Counted from the first letter of the whole stretch, positions 35,777 to 48,333 are shown. The stretch is 62,147 bases of DNA, filler included, from Vannella sp. (GCA_023345925.1; 7 parts of 7 records of this genome joined end to end with filler, not necessarily neighbours in it); one strand, 5' to 3'. The notes: generated by a model not told the origin, from the letters alone. Numbers and translations are program-made.

Positions 35777-36919
35777 TCATTCTGGACTCTCTAAAGGATC
35801 AAAGGGGTTGGGGGATCCTTTGATTAGCGTGAGGAGGCTGGGGGCCTGCTGGTCCCACCAAAACGGAACAGTGACCAATCGAATGTTGTGAGTTTGGCAC
35901 AGTCTGGCCTTCTCCTGGTCACGTAATTGATGAAGTTCTAACTGTCCGAAGGCTGGGATGTCCTGGTAATGATGTTCTCCGTGGAACTCAAAGGCCAAGC
36001 GAAGAGAAGGAATATAAACATCCAATTCTGTGGGACTTCCCGACAAGCGTGACAAGTCGGTATGCAGGAAGTCTTCCATGACTTCCTCTAGTGGGTAGAG
36101 CCTCTTTACAGCTAAGAAGAGTGTACGCTGCTCACACTTCTTACTCTTGGACTCCAACAGCTTCTGGTCCCATTCTCTGTCCGGATAGACGATTCTGAGG
36201 AAGTTGTAGATAGTTCCATACTCTTTCAGGATAGAAGATCCGCCAGTGATTCTTTGGAACTGTCGAGAAGAGATACGGTACCAGTCATCAGCGGTCTGGA
36301 GCTCATGAAGTAATTCGACTTCCTGAGCAAAGCCTATTAAGGCTTCCTGTCTCTTCCAATGACCTCTTGGAGACTTTGAATTCATACCAGACCAATCTTG
36401 ATCCTGGTAGATAGCCTGAAGTACACAGGAGAGGCTATGGGAGTATCTCCTCAGAAGTGATGATCCCCCATTCTCTCGAAATCTTGCTGTTGTGATATCT
36501 AGCCAATCTGAAGGACACTTAACGCCAAGCTGATGGCCTATGTTATCTACGATCAGGCGTTGAGAAGCCTCCTCTTCATAGAAAGCCCGTGGGAGCTTCC
36601 GCCTTGCTTGCACGGTCCAAGTCCGCTCTGGGAGGAGCTCGCGCAGGGCGGTAAAGAAGTCAGGATACATCCGAAGGAGTTGCCTTCCACCATGAAGACG
36701 AATGGTACGCGTAGAGACGCCTGCCCAGTCAGACTCCTCCTTCAAACCGAGGTCAACTTCCAATCGTTGAAGGAAGCGTCTCTGGTTCTCCTTGCTCGCC
36801 CAGAACCCCTTTGGCCGCCTTTCAGCTTGTCCTCCACTTCTCTCACAAGCCAGAGACCTCACCAGGCCTCCCCAAAGTGTCAAACGAGCACCCCGTCCGC
36901 CCCCAAACCCGCCAAACAT
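35777..36919 (-). CDS. Helical-repeat protein with a C-terminal PD-(D/E)xK (Vsr/DUF559/RAP-like) nuclease fold; possible mitochondrial presequence
   Basis: Three ~65-70 aa repeats (P+xxW/Y...DW...GG..LL..Y), then ELDVYIPSLRLAFEFHGEHHY...RDQEKARLC...LVTVPFWWD; Arg-rich N-terminus. Confidence 0.7.
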   Translation of the reverse strand: MFGGFGGGRGARLTLWGGLVRSLACERSGGQAERRPKGFWASKENQRRFLQRLEVDLGLKEESDWAGVSTRTIRLHGGRQLLRMYPDFFTALRELLPERTWTVQARRKLPRAFYEEEASQRLIVDNIGHQLGVKCPSDWLDITTARFRENGGSSLLRRYSHSLSCVLQAIYQDQDWSGMNSKSPRGHWKRQEALIGFAQEVELLHELQTADDWYRISSRQFQRITGGSSILKEYGTIYNFLRIVYPDREWDQKLLESKSKKCEQRTLFLAVKRLYPLEEVMEDFLHTDLSRLSGSPTELDVYIPSLRLAFEFHGEHHYQDIPAFGQLELHQLRDQEKARLCQTHNIRLVTVPFWWDQQAPSLLTLIKGSPNPFDPLESPE

Positions 36920-37108
36920 GAGAGAAATGGCTTCCCTCAACCCTTCAACGCGCACGCATAAGGAAATGTCTCTCCTCCACCAGTCACTGCCCGTTTCCCG
37001 CCACCACACAATGCGAACGCTGCGGGCCTCCTAATCAAGAACCTCCCAATCGACCAAGCTGAGTGCGAGTTCGCCACTTGGCTGTCGCTAGAATGGGAGA
37101 GAGTGCGT

Positions 37109-38011
37109 TTAGAACCCGGGGGTGAGCATCTCTTGAGAGGAATGGGTGTCTGCCTCGAACTCGAAGGGGGAATAGGAGAACACTTCGTTGGCCTCTGCCG
37201 CTTTTCTGAGCCTCGTTCGAAGGACCACACTCAGGATGGTGGTGATGAGCGAGATGGCGGAGCAAACACAAAGGAGGATGAAACCTGAAGAAGGTCCCCA
37301 AGTCGACTCTCCGGATGTGCCAAGGCGTCCCCACTCTACCTCTCCTGTGAAGGAGGAACATGGGCTCCTTCATATGGGTAAGTGAGAGAAGAGGATAGGA
37401 CTGTGAATGATGCTCACAAACGGTCCGTGTTGCTCGGGATAGTGTTGAGGAAGCGCTGGCATTTAGAGGTGTCATCGCCCTTACTCTCAGGAAGGCTGAT
37501 GACAAAGATGCAAAGGGCACCCAAATAGAGGCCGGTAATCAAGATCCACAGGAACATGGGGACTGCGGACACTCCTGAGGAAGGGTATCCTCGGTTCAGA
37601 GCCCATACGATGGATCCTTGCACCAGCAAACTGAGAAGGAGGGCCAAGGTTGCTGCGAAAACCATAATCTTGATGCACTGTGAGTCTTGGGGAGGGCGAG
37701 AGGGTCATCCTTACCCATGTTATAGTAAACAGGCGGAGTTGGCTGTCGCACTCAGGACAAACGTCATACCAGGAGAACTGTCCATTCGCGGGCTCCCCTT
37801 GGATCTTGAACGCACCACAGCCATTGCCGGTGCAAGAAAAGTCCCAATAGAACGCGTGTGCGCGGACTTTCAGGTCAACAGAAAGCAGCGGACCGTTGCT
37901 GATGGTTCCCTCCTCATACCAAGGAACAAAAAGCACACATAGCGCAAGCACCAAAACAGCCAACGAGCCACACAGGGTGGCACCCAGAGTCTTCCGTGTT
38001 GTCGAGTCCAT
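37109..38011 (-). CDS. Claudin/PMP22-like four-TM membrane protein
   Basis: TM-PWY, Cys-containing loop, two TMs, PCSSFTG...WGPSSGF, fourth TM; two introns. Confidence 0.6.
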
Positions 38012-38133
38012 GCCAGCGAGAAATGACTGAAAGACACTTCCCTTAGCTGGTCTAAACCCTAAACCCTATAAAGTCGCACAGTGATTGGTCATTTAAAGTC
38101 CCGCGAGTTTGGTGGTCCACTTGTGGTGACGAG

Positions 38134-38668
38134 TTAGTTGTGGTTTTGGCAGCCGCTGTTGAAGGTGGGACCGGTGAAGGGGAGTCCAGTGTTGACAACA
38201 ATGGTGTTGACGTTGACTTGGTCCTGTCCGAGGTCACACGAGCCGGAGCGGCTGATAGAGAACCCAATGACAGTGCATGGAGGTGGGGTGTTGACCATCT
38301 CGAAGAGAACTACTCTTGGTTAGCTGCTGCGGGGATTGGTCAGTGGCGGTGAGGCTTACCGTCTTCGTAGTAGCGATAGAAGGGAGGGCAGCACTTGCTG
38401 ACGGTCGTGTGCACGGCGGAGAGAGAAAGAGAGGAACCAGTTGAGGCACTCTCAAACTCATAGTTCTTGGTGCTGTTCACAGCCTCACTGAGAGCCTCCA
38501 AAACCTGAGAGCAGGGATCTGCAAACATGTACGTCATGTTGCAGTAGTTGCAGCAGCTCGGAGACGTGCATGAAGGTGGGTTCTGGATAGCTTCCGGTCA
38601 AAGGCAAGGACAATCTGCACCACAGTCACACAGATGGTGATCAGAAGCAGCGAGCGGCTGGGAGACAT
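38134..38668 (-). pseudogene. Frameshifted paralog of the neighbouring secreted Cys-rich protein gene
   Basis: Near-identical to 39098-39634 but one base is missing at ~38595 (GAC C-G GAA vs GAC CTG GAA), just after the signal peptide. Confidence 0.7.
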
Positions 38669-39097
38669 CAGAAAATGGTCAATCAAGGTCGTTCCAGTGA
38701 TCCGTGTATCGTTTTCAGTGTCCACAGTGCACTGGAACTCGGCTCCGACATCTGCCATATCGAAGATCCAGTTTCTACTCCACAGCAGAAAGGGATTGAT
38801 CCCCTCAGCCCTTCCTCTCTAGAACACTAAGTTGAGTGCATAGCAGACTAAGTAGCTGTACTAGATCCCTTGTTGGAGCAAAGAGACGACTGTCTGGCGA
38901 CCAAAGGGCTGGTTTTGAGGAAACGCAGCCTCTTGTTCAAGACTGCCAAACAAGGATCGACCCTCTTCCTTGGAGTTCGCTCCTTGTCTCACGAGGAATG
39001 AAACAAAGCTCACCTCTGTCTGAGTCCCCTCCACCATGGGCGGAAGTCATGTCAATGGGAGCTTTACTCTTTGGAAGCAGATTGGAGCTCGTGCTAG

Positions 39098-39634
39098 TTA
39101 GTCGTGGTTTTGGCAGCCGCTGTTGAACGAGGGGCCGGTGTAGAGAAGCTTAGAGTTGACGACAATGGTGTTGACGTTGACTTGGTCCTGTCCGAGGTCA
39201 CACGAGCCGGAGCGGCTGATGGAGAACCCAATGACAGTGCATGGGGCTGGGGTGTTGGCCATCTCGAAGAGAACTGCTCTTGGTTAGTCACTGCAGCGAT
39301 CGGTTGGGGGACGGTGAGACTTACCGTCTTCGTAGTAGCGATAGAAGGGAGGGCAGCACTTGCTGACGGTTGTGTGCACCGCAGAGAGAGAAGGAGGGTT
39401 GTTCACTGAGCTCTCGAACTCATAGTTCTTAGTGCTATTCACAGCAGCACTGAGAGCCTCCAAAACCTGATAGCAGCTATCCTTAGGGAACACGTATGTC
39501 ATGTTGCAGTAGTTGCAACAGCTCGGAGACGTGCATGAAGGTGGGTTCTGGATAGCTTCCAGGTCAAAGGCGAGGACAAACTGCACCACAGCCACGAAGA
39601 TGGTGATCAGAAGCAGCGAGCGGCTGGGAGACAT
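39098..39634 (-). CDS. Secreted Cys-rich protein
   Basis: Signal peptide MSPSRSLLLITIFVAVVQFVLA; one intron with GACTAAC branch site; ends YYEDVLFEM...GFSISRSGSCDLGQDQVN...GCQNHD*. Confidence 0.75.
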
Positions 39635-39956
39635 CACGAAATGGTCAACTCCGGTCCCTCCGAACAGAATATTCTGGTCCTCGGAATCGGCCCCTTTCTG
39701 GTGTCTTGCATCTTCTTCCCAACTGACCACCCTCAGATTTACTCTTGGCATTGTTTTCTCTCCAGCAAAGGGATGGGATGAGAGTTCACTGCCCCACTGA
39801 ACCACGTCCGCTGGCCCTGGTTGAAAAGTGCCTCTAAAATCGATCGTGACCTTTACCAATCGACTTTTTATGTGTTTTAGTCGGGGCACTTTTTGGGCTC
39901 ATTTGACCATCGCCCCAAAAGAGGGAAAAGTAGCCCTCTTAAAAACATATAAAAAC

Positions 39957-40056
39957 NNNNNNNNNNNNNNNNNNNNNNNNNNNNNNNNNNNNNNNNNNNN
40001 TTAATTAATTAANNNNNNNNNNNNNNNNNNNNNNNNNNNNNNNNNNNNNNNNNNNN
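39957..40056. other. Artificial contig spacer
   Basis: N-run/TTAATTAATTAA/N-run. Confidence 0.97.
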
Positions 40057-40381
40057 ACAGCCCATGTCGCATGAAATGGCGCGCCTCTCTCTGGGAGAGA
40101 AGCGTGAACTGGCTAAAACGGTCCTCAACCATCTCATGAACTCCATTGACAATGACGAGGAACCGGAGACAGCCAGAAAGGCCAGTGAGTGCGTTCTAAC
40201 CCTCGTGGGCAGCCGCATCATTCGACCTGAACCAAATGACAATCTGGTCGGGTTTGCCAGACCATTGCATCAAAGATTCCCGACTCCTAACAGTCTCAAA
40301 CGACAAGGGCAAGACGATCGCTAAACTCTAGCTATTCCCTCTCACACACTCCATTCCATCCTGTTATCCTCTGTGGTGGAC

Positions 40382-40455
40382 AGGGAAATGCACTTTGAGA
40401 AGGGGAAATGCGAGGGGAAATGCGCTGTGAGGAGGGGAAATGCGAGGGAAATGCA
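40382..40455 (+). repeat. Cluster of five A(G)GGGAAATGC motifs
   Basis: Copies start at 40382, 40401, 40413, 40433 and 40445. Confidence 0.8.
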
Positions 40456-40563
40456 TTTGCAGTTGGCGGGGTCATGGAGGAAGAGGTAGAATGGGTCTTA
40501 GTGGAAGACGAGGTATGTAACATGGGTGGAATGGGAGTATGCATTGAAAGGGGGCGTTTGGAG

Positions 40564-43500
40564 ATGGAGGAAAAGGAGGAGAGGTTGGAGGATCTGGTGG
40601 TGCCTGCAGTTCAGTTGCTCTTCAGCACGATTCTCTCAGAGACAGTGCTTTCTTCAGTTAACATTCAGCTGATGATTGCTTCAGTTGTAGCAGAGGGACA
40701 ACTGGAAGCTCTATTCAATAGAGAGGTGAAGTCACCTTGCTGACAGAACCAAGCAACTGCTGACGACTCAGCTCAGACAGCCTTACAAGTAGCTTGTCGA
40801 ACGCACCGAAATGACTTTGTTCAACTCCTTCTGGAAGCAGGAGCGCTCATTCACCCGACCCACTTGCCTGTTGGTACTCTGATTTTCCTTCTCTTTGACT
40901 TACTCGCGCTGCAGAGAGGGCGCTCGGTTTTGTTTGAAGCTACTGCTGATGCAGCTGATGCGAACTTGAATTGGATGCTCGTTAAAGCTCGTGCCAGCGG
41001 AGCAGGGGTGGAGGGTCTGTACTTGGCCGATTTAGGTTTGAAGAAGATACCTGAGAATCTGAGTTATTGGAGTTCTTTTACAGAGCTGCAGTCTCTGATG
41101 CTTCATGGGAATAATTTACAAAGTATTCCCGCTGCTTTAGTTGCTCTCCGGACTCTCACAACTGTGACACTCTCCGGGAATCCGCTTGGAGAATATCCTG
41201 TTACTCTCCGCTTGTGGGGCAGAGATTTACACGACCATCTGCAAGCTATCTTGATTCGCGCAGAAGAGTTTAGAGATCGCCGCATTGTCCTCATTGGAGA
41301 AGAAGGCGTAGGAAAGTGTATGTTTTTCTCTTCTGCAACACCAATGTCTCTGAATATCACCTAGCAACCCTTTTGAAGTGTCTTCAAGCTCCTCTAGGAA
41401 CAGTCAAGACGGGTACCAACTTGTCGACTGACGGGATAGTCATTGAAACTTTGGCGTTGAATGGCGACCTGAGCAAATCATGGGCGGATTGGGCCAGTGG
41501 ATACTTCGCACCTTCCATTCCCCCAACCTACCATGTGACTGTGTGGGATATGGGAGGGCAAGAGGTATTCTACCCTTCGCATCAATTCTTCTTGACTAGC
41601 GCATGCATTTATGTCGTGGTCTATAACCTGGCCAAGCCCAATTACGAGCGATTAGACTATTGGATGAATCATTTGAGATCCAGTGCCCCAAGAAGCCCGA
41701 TCTTCAGTCCAATAGTGCTGGTAGGGACACACGCAGATTCCTGCTCAGAAGCTGGTTTCATTGCTCATAAGCAAGAGATCAAGCGTCGCTTTCCTTCTGA
41801 TCGTTTCCGAGCGTTGGTTTATGATGTTGCAGTGGATTGCCAGAAGGGCGGCGACGAAGGAGGCATCTCTTCACTCAGGAGAAAGCTATATTCTCTTGCT
41901 TCTAATCAGAGAATCTCTGTGAGACCTTCATGGATTATGTTACAAAAGAAACTATCTCAAATACTGGAGAAAGGACAAAGTTTCTTGAACTGGGCCACTT
42001 TTCTGGATCTTGCAAACCAGTGTCTGGTCAGTAAATCGGAGAGAGACGCTGCGGTTAAGTTTCTGCGCGATACTGGCTCGATTATACATTGCAAAAATCG
42101 TCCTCTGCTCGATAACATTGTTGTTATCGACCCTCAATGGCTGGCCGATTTAATGGCTTGTTTTGTGACTTTTTCCAATCGTTGGGCCAAGTCTGGAATG
42201 ATTTCGCGTCAAGACATCGCCCACGTTCTTCGAAAGTATGAAGATACTATCCATACTGAATTGCTAGCGCTCTTGGAGCGCTTTGGTATCCTCACTCGCC
42301 TTCCATTTCCAGATGAGTCTTATCAGGAGGTGTATATTCCTTCTCTTTTGCCTCTTTCTCCCCCCTATTTGCCTGGGGCTGACTCGATTACGCAGTGGAG
42401 TAAATGCCCAGCGCGGTTGATTGAACATACTAGGACTTACGAGTTCCGCTATCTTCCTGTGGGTTTCTTTGAGCGCCTTCTCATTGGAACGAGCCACTTG
42501 TCTCGGGAATCCTCAATAGCTAGATGGCGCAGTGGGTTTGCTCTTAAATCAGGTGAAGAGAACATTTGTTTGAGTAAATTCCGGCATCGCACCGCTTCAG
42601 AGCTACAAACAGGACGTCCAAATCATCTTTATGCTCTTACAGTTCGAACTAGGATCAATGCAGGGCATTTTATCGAAACAGGAATCAATAACTTGCTCGA
42701 ATCAGTTCTTCAACTTGTGGATACAACCTTGGAAAGCCATTTCTCTGGGCTGGAAGACACTCAGATCTTTCTGACCTGTTCTCACTGCTTGAAGAAAGGC
42801 AATTCCGTTGAAGATTGCTACCTCTTTCTTTATCAAGAATGTGTTGATGCTGTCCGATCTGGCCAACTATTCGTGTATTGCCAAGGCATTAAGTCAGACT
42901 CAAGAGCAGTTTTCGTACCTCATCTTGCACCCGATCTATCTTTTGGAGGCCAGAGTATCATTTGTATGTCCCAGTTAGGCCCCAGAGATACTTGGACAAA
43001 GATTGGAGAAGGAGGCTTTGGAAATGTATTTGTTGCCCAGTTTGAAGGCGTTGATGTCGCCGTCAAGGAGTTAAGAAACGAAGGCGTTGAATCGCTAGCT
43101 GGAGAAAGTGCCTTTTATGAGTTTAGAAAAGAAGTTCAGATGATGAGGTAAGCCTCAGCAGTGATGAGCTCACCCACTAACATTAGATCAGTATCCTAGA
43201 TCATACTAACATTGTTCATTTCATTGGTGTCTCCCTATGCCCGCTTCTTCTCATCTCTGAATTTGTGAAAGGCGGAGATTTGCATCAGATTCTCTCCAAA
43301 TCTGATCATGAACACCCGTTATCTTGGAGCCAGCAGTGTCGTATCGCTTGGGATATTGCAAAGGGAGTAGAATACCTCCAAAACCGGTCTCCTCCAGTCG
43401 TTCATCGGGATTTGAGATCTCCAAATATCTTCGTGAGTATCTGTGGATTGAGGCAAGGTCTGTTTGTAACTCACCACCTAGATTTCATCTTTGGATGTGA

Positions 43501-45056
43501 ATGAGGCCGTGTGCGCTAAAGTGGCTGACTTTGGTTTGAGTACTGTGGTCGCTCCTTTCGTTTTTGGGGCTCTTCCAACTTGGGGATGGCTTGCTCCTGA
43601 GGTGATTGATATTGAAGGCGCCCATTATGACGAGAGGTCTGATATTTATAGCTTCGGAATGGTCCTTTGGGAAATAGTAACCCGTCAATTTCCCTTCAGC
43701 GAGTTTAGCGAGGATGCCAAGTATCTCAATAACGGCTCGACAGATACTTTGGCTATTCGCAGAGATATTGTGCACTCAAACCTACGCCCAACGATACCGC
43801 CAGAATGCAACCCGATGTGGGCCAAGCTAATTGAGCAATGTTGGAACACAAATCCGGCACTCCGCCCGCGATTTGGAACTATTCTGGAAATGCTATTGCA
43901 AGAGATGCCTTCTGATCTTGTTTCAGCGTTGTCTGAACGTGAGATGGAAGAATCAAAACTCATTCCCCCGCCACTCTCAAAGTCATGTTACCGACCAAGC
44001 CAACAGGAACTCATCAGGTCGGCAGAACACACTGAAATGGAATCCCTCCGGCTCATCCCCCTGAACGACGAAGTCTCTTGTCTAGTCATCCACGAAAAAC
44101 GCATTTGGGTTGCCTGCAAGGGAGGTGAGATCATTGTCTTCTCCCTCGAAACGCTGGAATACTCGCCGGAGAGAATTTTCTCGTGGAAAGCGCATAACGA
44201 TCAAATTACTGCGATGGTTGTAGGTTGTGGAAATGACGCTATCGAGTTGTGGACTTCTGGTAGCAAAGGAACCGTCAAATCTTGGCGAATGAGTATCAAT
44301 AATCGTTTGACACCCGCTCGCATGTCTGAAGACTTAGAAAGCACATCTTTCTGCCTCTGGGAAACTCAATTGGGCTCAGAAACGTTCATCGGTGCCATGG
44401 CTGTCGTCCCTGGGACACTCAATTCCGGTGATAACGTTTGGGTAGCAGCAACGGAAGAGGCGCAAATCTACGAATTCTCATTGCAAACGAAAGCCAATAC
44501 CCGCCGATTCGGTCTAGAAGCCAACCTGCCTCCTTTCACGTTGGCTTGTAACAACAACTTTATCTTTGTTGGGTCAAAGGGATCTCTTTTTGTGTATGAC
44601 ATCAACCAAACCTTCATAGGAACTATCGAAATCCACGGGAAAGAGCGAATTCGACACATTCTGGTGTCCCAGCAGCTTTCAGATGATTCCGACTTGTTTC
44701 ATGTTTGGACAGCGGCGGGAAAGCAATTGATTCAAACCACCCTCCAAGGAGGACATCAACTTGCCGTGGTCAAGCAGCTTTCTTTAAACGCGCAAACTAC
44801 CAAAGTAACAGCCATTGGCCTCGTTCAAAGGCTCATCATGGGCGAGCCGAGGTGGAATCTGTGGTCATCCTCGTATGACTATTCTGCACTGATTTGGAAT
44901 ATTGAGAGCGGAAAGGCCTTCTCAGAAGTGGAGATGCCACATCCCAAAGAGTTTCTGACTTGTTTGGTTCAAAGTGCTGATTGTGTGATAGCCGGAAGTT
45001 CTGTTTACAACGGAGACCAATCCTTGGGCTGTTTGCAGATCTTCTGCGTTCATTGA
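40564..45056 (+). CDS. Roco protein kinase (ANK-LRR-Roc-COR-kinase-WD40-like); start approximate
   Basis: ANK TALQVAC...VQLLLEAGA; LRR LMLHGNNLQSIP; Roc IGEEGVGKST, WDMGGQEVFY, LVGTHAD; COR IDPQWLADL; kinase IGEGGFG, HRDLRSPN, DFG, APE; C-terminal propeller. Confidence 0.92.
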
Positions 45057-45097
45057 TCTTTCTAAAGAAGCGCTAATACACTTGAAACCTGAAAAGA

Positions 45098-45955
45098 ATG
45101 GATCATTTCCTGATGGCGCCCTTAGATCTGCGTGCAGCCTCGGCATTCCTCATGTTGGAAGAGGCTTACTGTCACTTTGGATTCGCAGGATTGCTGAAAC
45201 AGGTTGAAGAAGCGCATCACATAGAAGGGTTAACAGTTAACTTGAATCCCGGCTTTGCCTCCTCTGAGGAGAGATTGATGTTTGAAATCGATTTCAGCAA
45301 TGCAGAACGACTTGTTCTTCGTGCTTGGGAGGAACTGGAACTGTATCTTGAAGAGAACCCCGTCCTCTTTGATGGAGCCATGTTGGAATCAATTCTCACC
45401 AGGAAGCGTTACCTAACAGCATCCACTCGTGCGAGAATCCTCCTGAAGCAAGAGATTGGATCATCTATTGAGTCTCGCTTCTTCCACTTTCTCGTCCAGA
45501 TCGATTCCCTGGTTTCTGGCCCTCTACTTCCTGAATGCCTTGACTTGGCCCGCGCCCTGGCCTTTGCCACTTGGATCAATCAAGAGATAGAAGTGGACAT
45601 TCTGGGCTTCTCCTTTGAAGAAGAGGAAGGAGAAATCTCTTTGTTTCTCGCAGAGAGACCGAAAACTGCGTTTTCTTGTCAGTTGCGCCTTCCTATGTCG
45701 CACTATCACTTGGAAATGATCTTCTCATTCACAGGAAGGTTGGCTTTCCGCCTTTCTTCGAAGATTCGGAAAGTTCTCTGCGAAGGTCACTTACAACCTT
45801 CCCCCATTCTCTTTCCCTCCTACTCAGCCAGCCTGTGGGTTTGGAGCGACGCTTTACCACGTCCTTTTATAACTATTGAGCCTATCGCACCTAACGAGAC
45901 AAGAACAAGCACTCCAGAGGAGCCAACAACCATTTCCCTCCTTTCCGATGATTGA
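45098..45955 (+). CDS. Hypothetical protein
   Basis: 285-aa ATG-initiated ORF filling the intergenic space; no motif recognised. Confidence 0.55.
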   Translation: MDHFLMAPLDLRAASAFLMLEEAYCHFGFAGLLKQVEEAHHIEGLTVNLNPGFASSEERLMFEIDFSNAERLVLRAWEELELYLEENPVLFDGAMLESILTRKRYLTASTRARILLKQEIGSSIESRFFHFLVQIDSLVSGPLLPECLDLARALAFATWINQEIEVDILGFSFEEEEGEISLFLAERPKTAFSCQLRLPMSHYHLEMIFSFTGRLAFRLSSKIRKVLCEGHLQPSPILFPSYSASLWVWSDALPRPFITIEPIAPNETRTSTPEEPTTISLLSDD

Positions 45956-46024
45956 AGGTCGGCCCAAGAGGCAATTCCTTTCATGTATCATTAAAACTTC
46001 ATTTTTTGGAGGTTCTGTTGAAGG

Positions 46025-47276
46025 ATGAGCTACTTCGAGGACGGGGATAGCCAGATTGACTACAGCGACCAGGAGAGCTTCTATGCTCAGACTGGTAATC
46101 AGGTAAGGAGAGGGCAGGATGGGAGAGGAAGAGGGGATGTCGGCTGATGCGGGGGTGAAGCCTCCAGCGTCTTCTCTTGAGTTTCAGACGTACAACACTG
46201 CTGACACAGCGGGTGTTGCTGCACCCACATTCTTGAGTGATGCAGAGTTGGATGCTTCTTTCCAAGAGGAGCTCCCGCCTCCATTGCCACGGGTAAGCCA
46301 TTTCGGAAGGGGGAGCTGCTTTCGTCGCATGTTTTGACTTCCAGTGGTGCGATAGAGAGCCCCAGGGGAAGGCAAACCATGGAACATATCTTATTACCAA
46401 CATCTGGCTGATGTGGACACCCTGGACGTCCTGAAACGGATCGGAGCGACTCTTTTCCCCATCCCCGACTTTTTTGCCTTAGTGGAAGGTCGCCAGGACC
46501 TCTACGGCTGGTTCTGGATCGCTATGACACTTATCTTTGCTGTGGCAGCAGCAGGAAGCTTCGCGTCCTTCCTAACGTATGCCCTGAACGATCAACTCGA
46601 GAAGTGGAAGTACGACTTTGCTAAGCTCGGGTTTGGCGCTTTGACGGTCTCTGTGTATGTCACTGTATGTCCTGCGTTAGCCTTTGTCTCCATGAGGCTG
46701 TGGCTTGAGCTGCGGCCGAGTTTGATCGATCACTTTTGCTTGTACGGCTATTCCCTCTTCCCCTACATCCCTGCAGCAGTTGTGATGATCATACCTGTTG
46801 AGTGGGTACGCTGGCTTATCATGGTCCTCGCCTGCACTCTTGTCTGCGTGTTCTTAGCGCGCAATTACCTTCCCCACATTCGTCCCAAGCCAGCAGAGGG
46901 AGGCGTCGTCCTTTTCGTCCTTCTCTTGTTCAATGTTCTCTTTGCACTGATCCTTCAACTGTACTTCTTCGAGTACGCTGTGGAGGCACGCCCTGATAAT
47001 GGGTCAGACTCGCCCTCTCCCATGTTCTCTCCCTCTCTTTCCGTGACCCCTTCCACCTCTGTCACTCCATCCAACTCGATTCAGATCTTAGAGAGCATTG
47101 CCCCTTCCCCAATTCCATCGTCAGTCCCGTCCTCATCTCCCGAGGCTGAAAGCGTGTCGATGGCTGCCTCTCCCATTCCCATCTCTGACAGCCCTTCTCT
47201 GATCCCTTCTATCTCCTGGTCCTCTTCTCCCACTCCCACTCCCACTCTATCACTGGAGGCTCAGCCCACCGAATAG
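46025..47276 (+). CDS. YIPF1/2-like Yip1-domain protein with a Ser/Pro-rich tail
   Basis: DVDTLDVLKRI, DLYGWFWIAMTLIF, CLYGYSLFPYIP; one intron. Confidence 0.85.
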
Positions 47277-47854
47277 AGGCTAGATTGATTCTCTCTGATC
47301 GCAAAATGTCACAGAAACCCCGCCACTTTCTCTGGCCTTCCTCGGAGTGCACTTCTCGTTAGCGCTGCCAATGGCTCAAGTAAGAGAGAAGACTTGTTTC
47401 ACCAGATCTTGCCTGGGAGCTGCAGCCAGCCGTGGTTAGAGGAAGGAGTTTGGGAAACGCATCTTCTGAACCTCCAAGGGAAAGGAGGCTGGGGACACTC
47501 TGAGCTCTATATCAGCTTGAGAGACCAAATGAATGAAGGCATACGCCTATTGGGTCCTTGGGGAGCTGCCAAATGGGCATTCTGTGATGCCTTTTGGCTT
47601 TCACACTCTCATGCTCTGAGGAGAAGGCGAATCGTTTGCTTTTGGGTGAATGACGAGAGCCAACAGGGTCTTGGTCATCAAACAGAGCCAAGTGAGTCCT
47701 GTGAAGGTGCCTTGGGAAGGATGGATTGGCAACAACAAGTCTTCGCTGGAGGTCTCGAAGGCCTTCTTCCCTGCAACCCTGAAGGCAGGAAAGAAGAGGT
47801 TCCTTCCTTCCCCTTTGAAAGGCTTGCCCCCCTCATTTCCCCCCATTCATTGGA

Positions 47855-48333
47855 ATGCCCTTTGGCTTCCACACGCTCCTCCTCTCCCTCGAAGGGGACC
47901 TTTTGGCTTTTGGATTAAACCAGCGAGGTCAACTCGGTCTCGGTCACAACAATGAGCAACTCACGCCCGCAACGGTTCCCTGGAAGGGCCCTCAGCCGGT
48001 TCAGGTGGACTGTGGAGTGAACCACTCCCTCGTCCTTGACGCGGAGGGCGGTGTGTGGCAGGCTGGTAAATCCCGCTTCTCTGCTTCTCCTCTCACCTTC
48101 GAACGAGTCGCAGAAGTACCTCCCATGACCCTGGTGGCTGCTGGACAGTCTCACAGCGCTGCCCTCGACACCGAAGGCGGCCTTTGGGTGTGGACAAGCG
48201 AGGAAGATCTCTCTTGGGTGCGTTCTCCTCCCCAACGAGTGGAAAGCCTCCCTCCACTCCTCAAGGTGGCTTGCGGAGACAACTTCCTCGTGGCAGAGGC
48301 CGAAGAAGGCCTCTGGGTGTTGGGCGACAACTC
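47855..48333 (+). CDS. RCC1-repeat protein, family copy 1 (3' end cut)
   Basis: HTLLLSLEG.LLAFG.N..GQLGLGH; VAAGQSHSAALD..GGLWVW. Confidence 0.85.

Noticed and set aside
38053..38068. Telomere-like TAAACCC dimer (also TAGGGTTTAGGGTTT at 53230-53244)
   Set aside because: Only two units each and the second lies in an ORF; too short to call a telomere or a telo-box.
39820..39956. Possible transposon end sharing AGTGCCCCGA with 5776-5785
   Set aside because: A 10-bp match across different contigs, with no TIR pair or target duplication visible.
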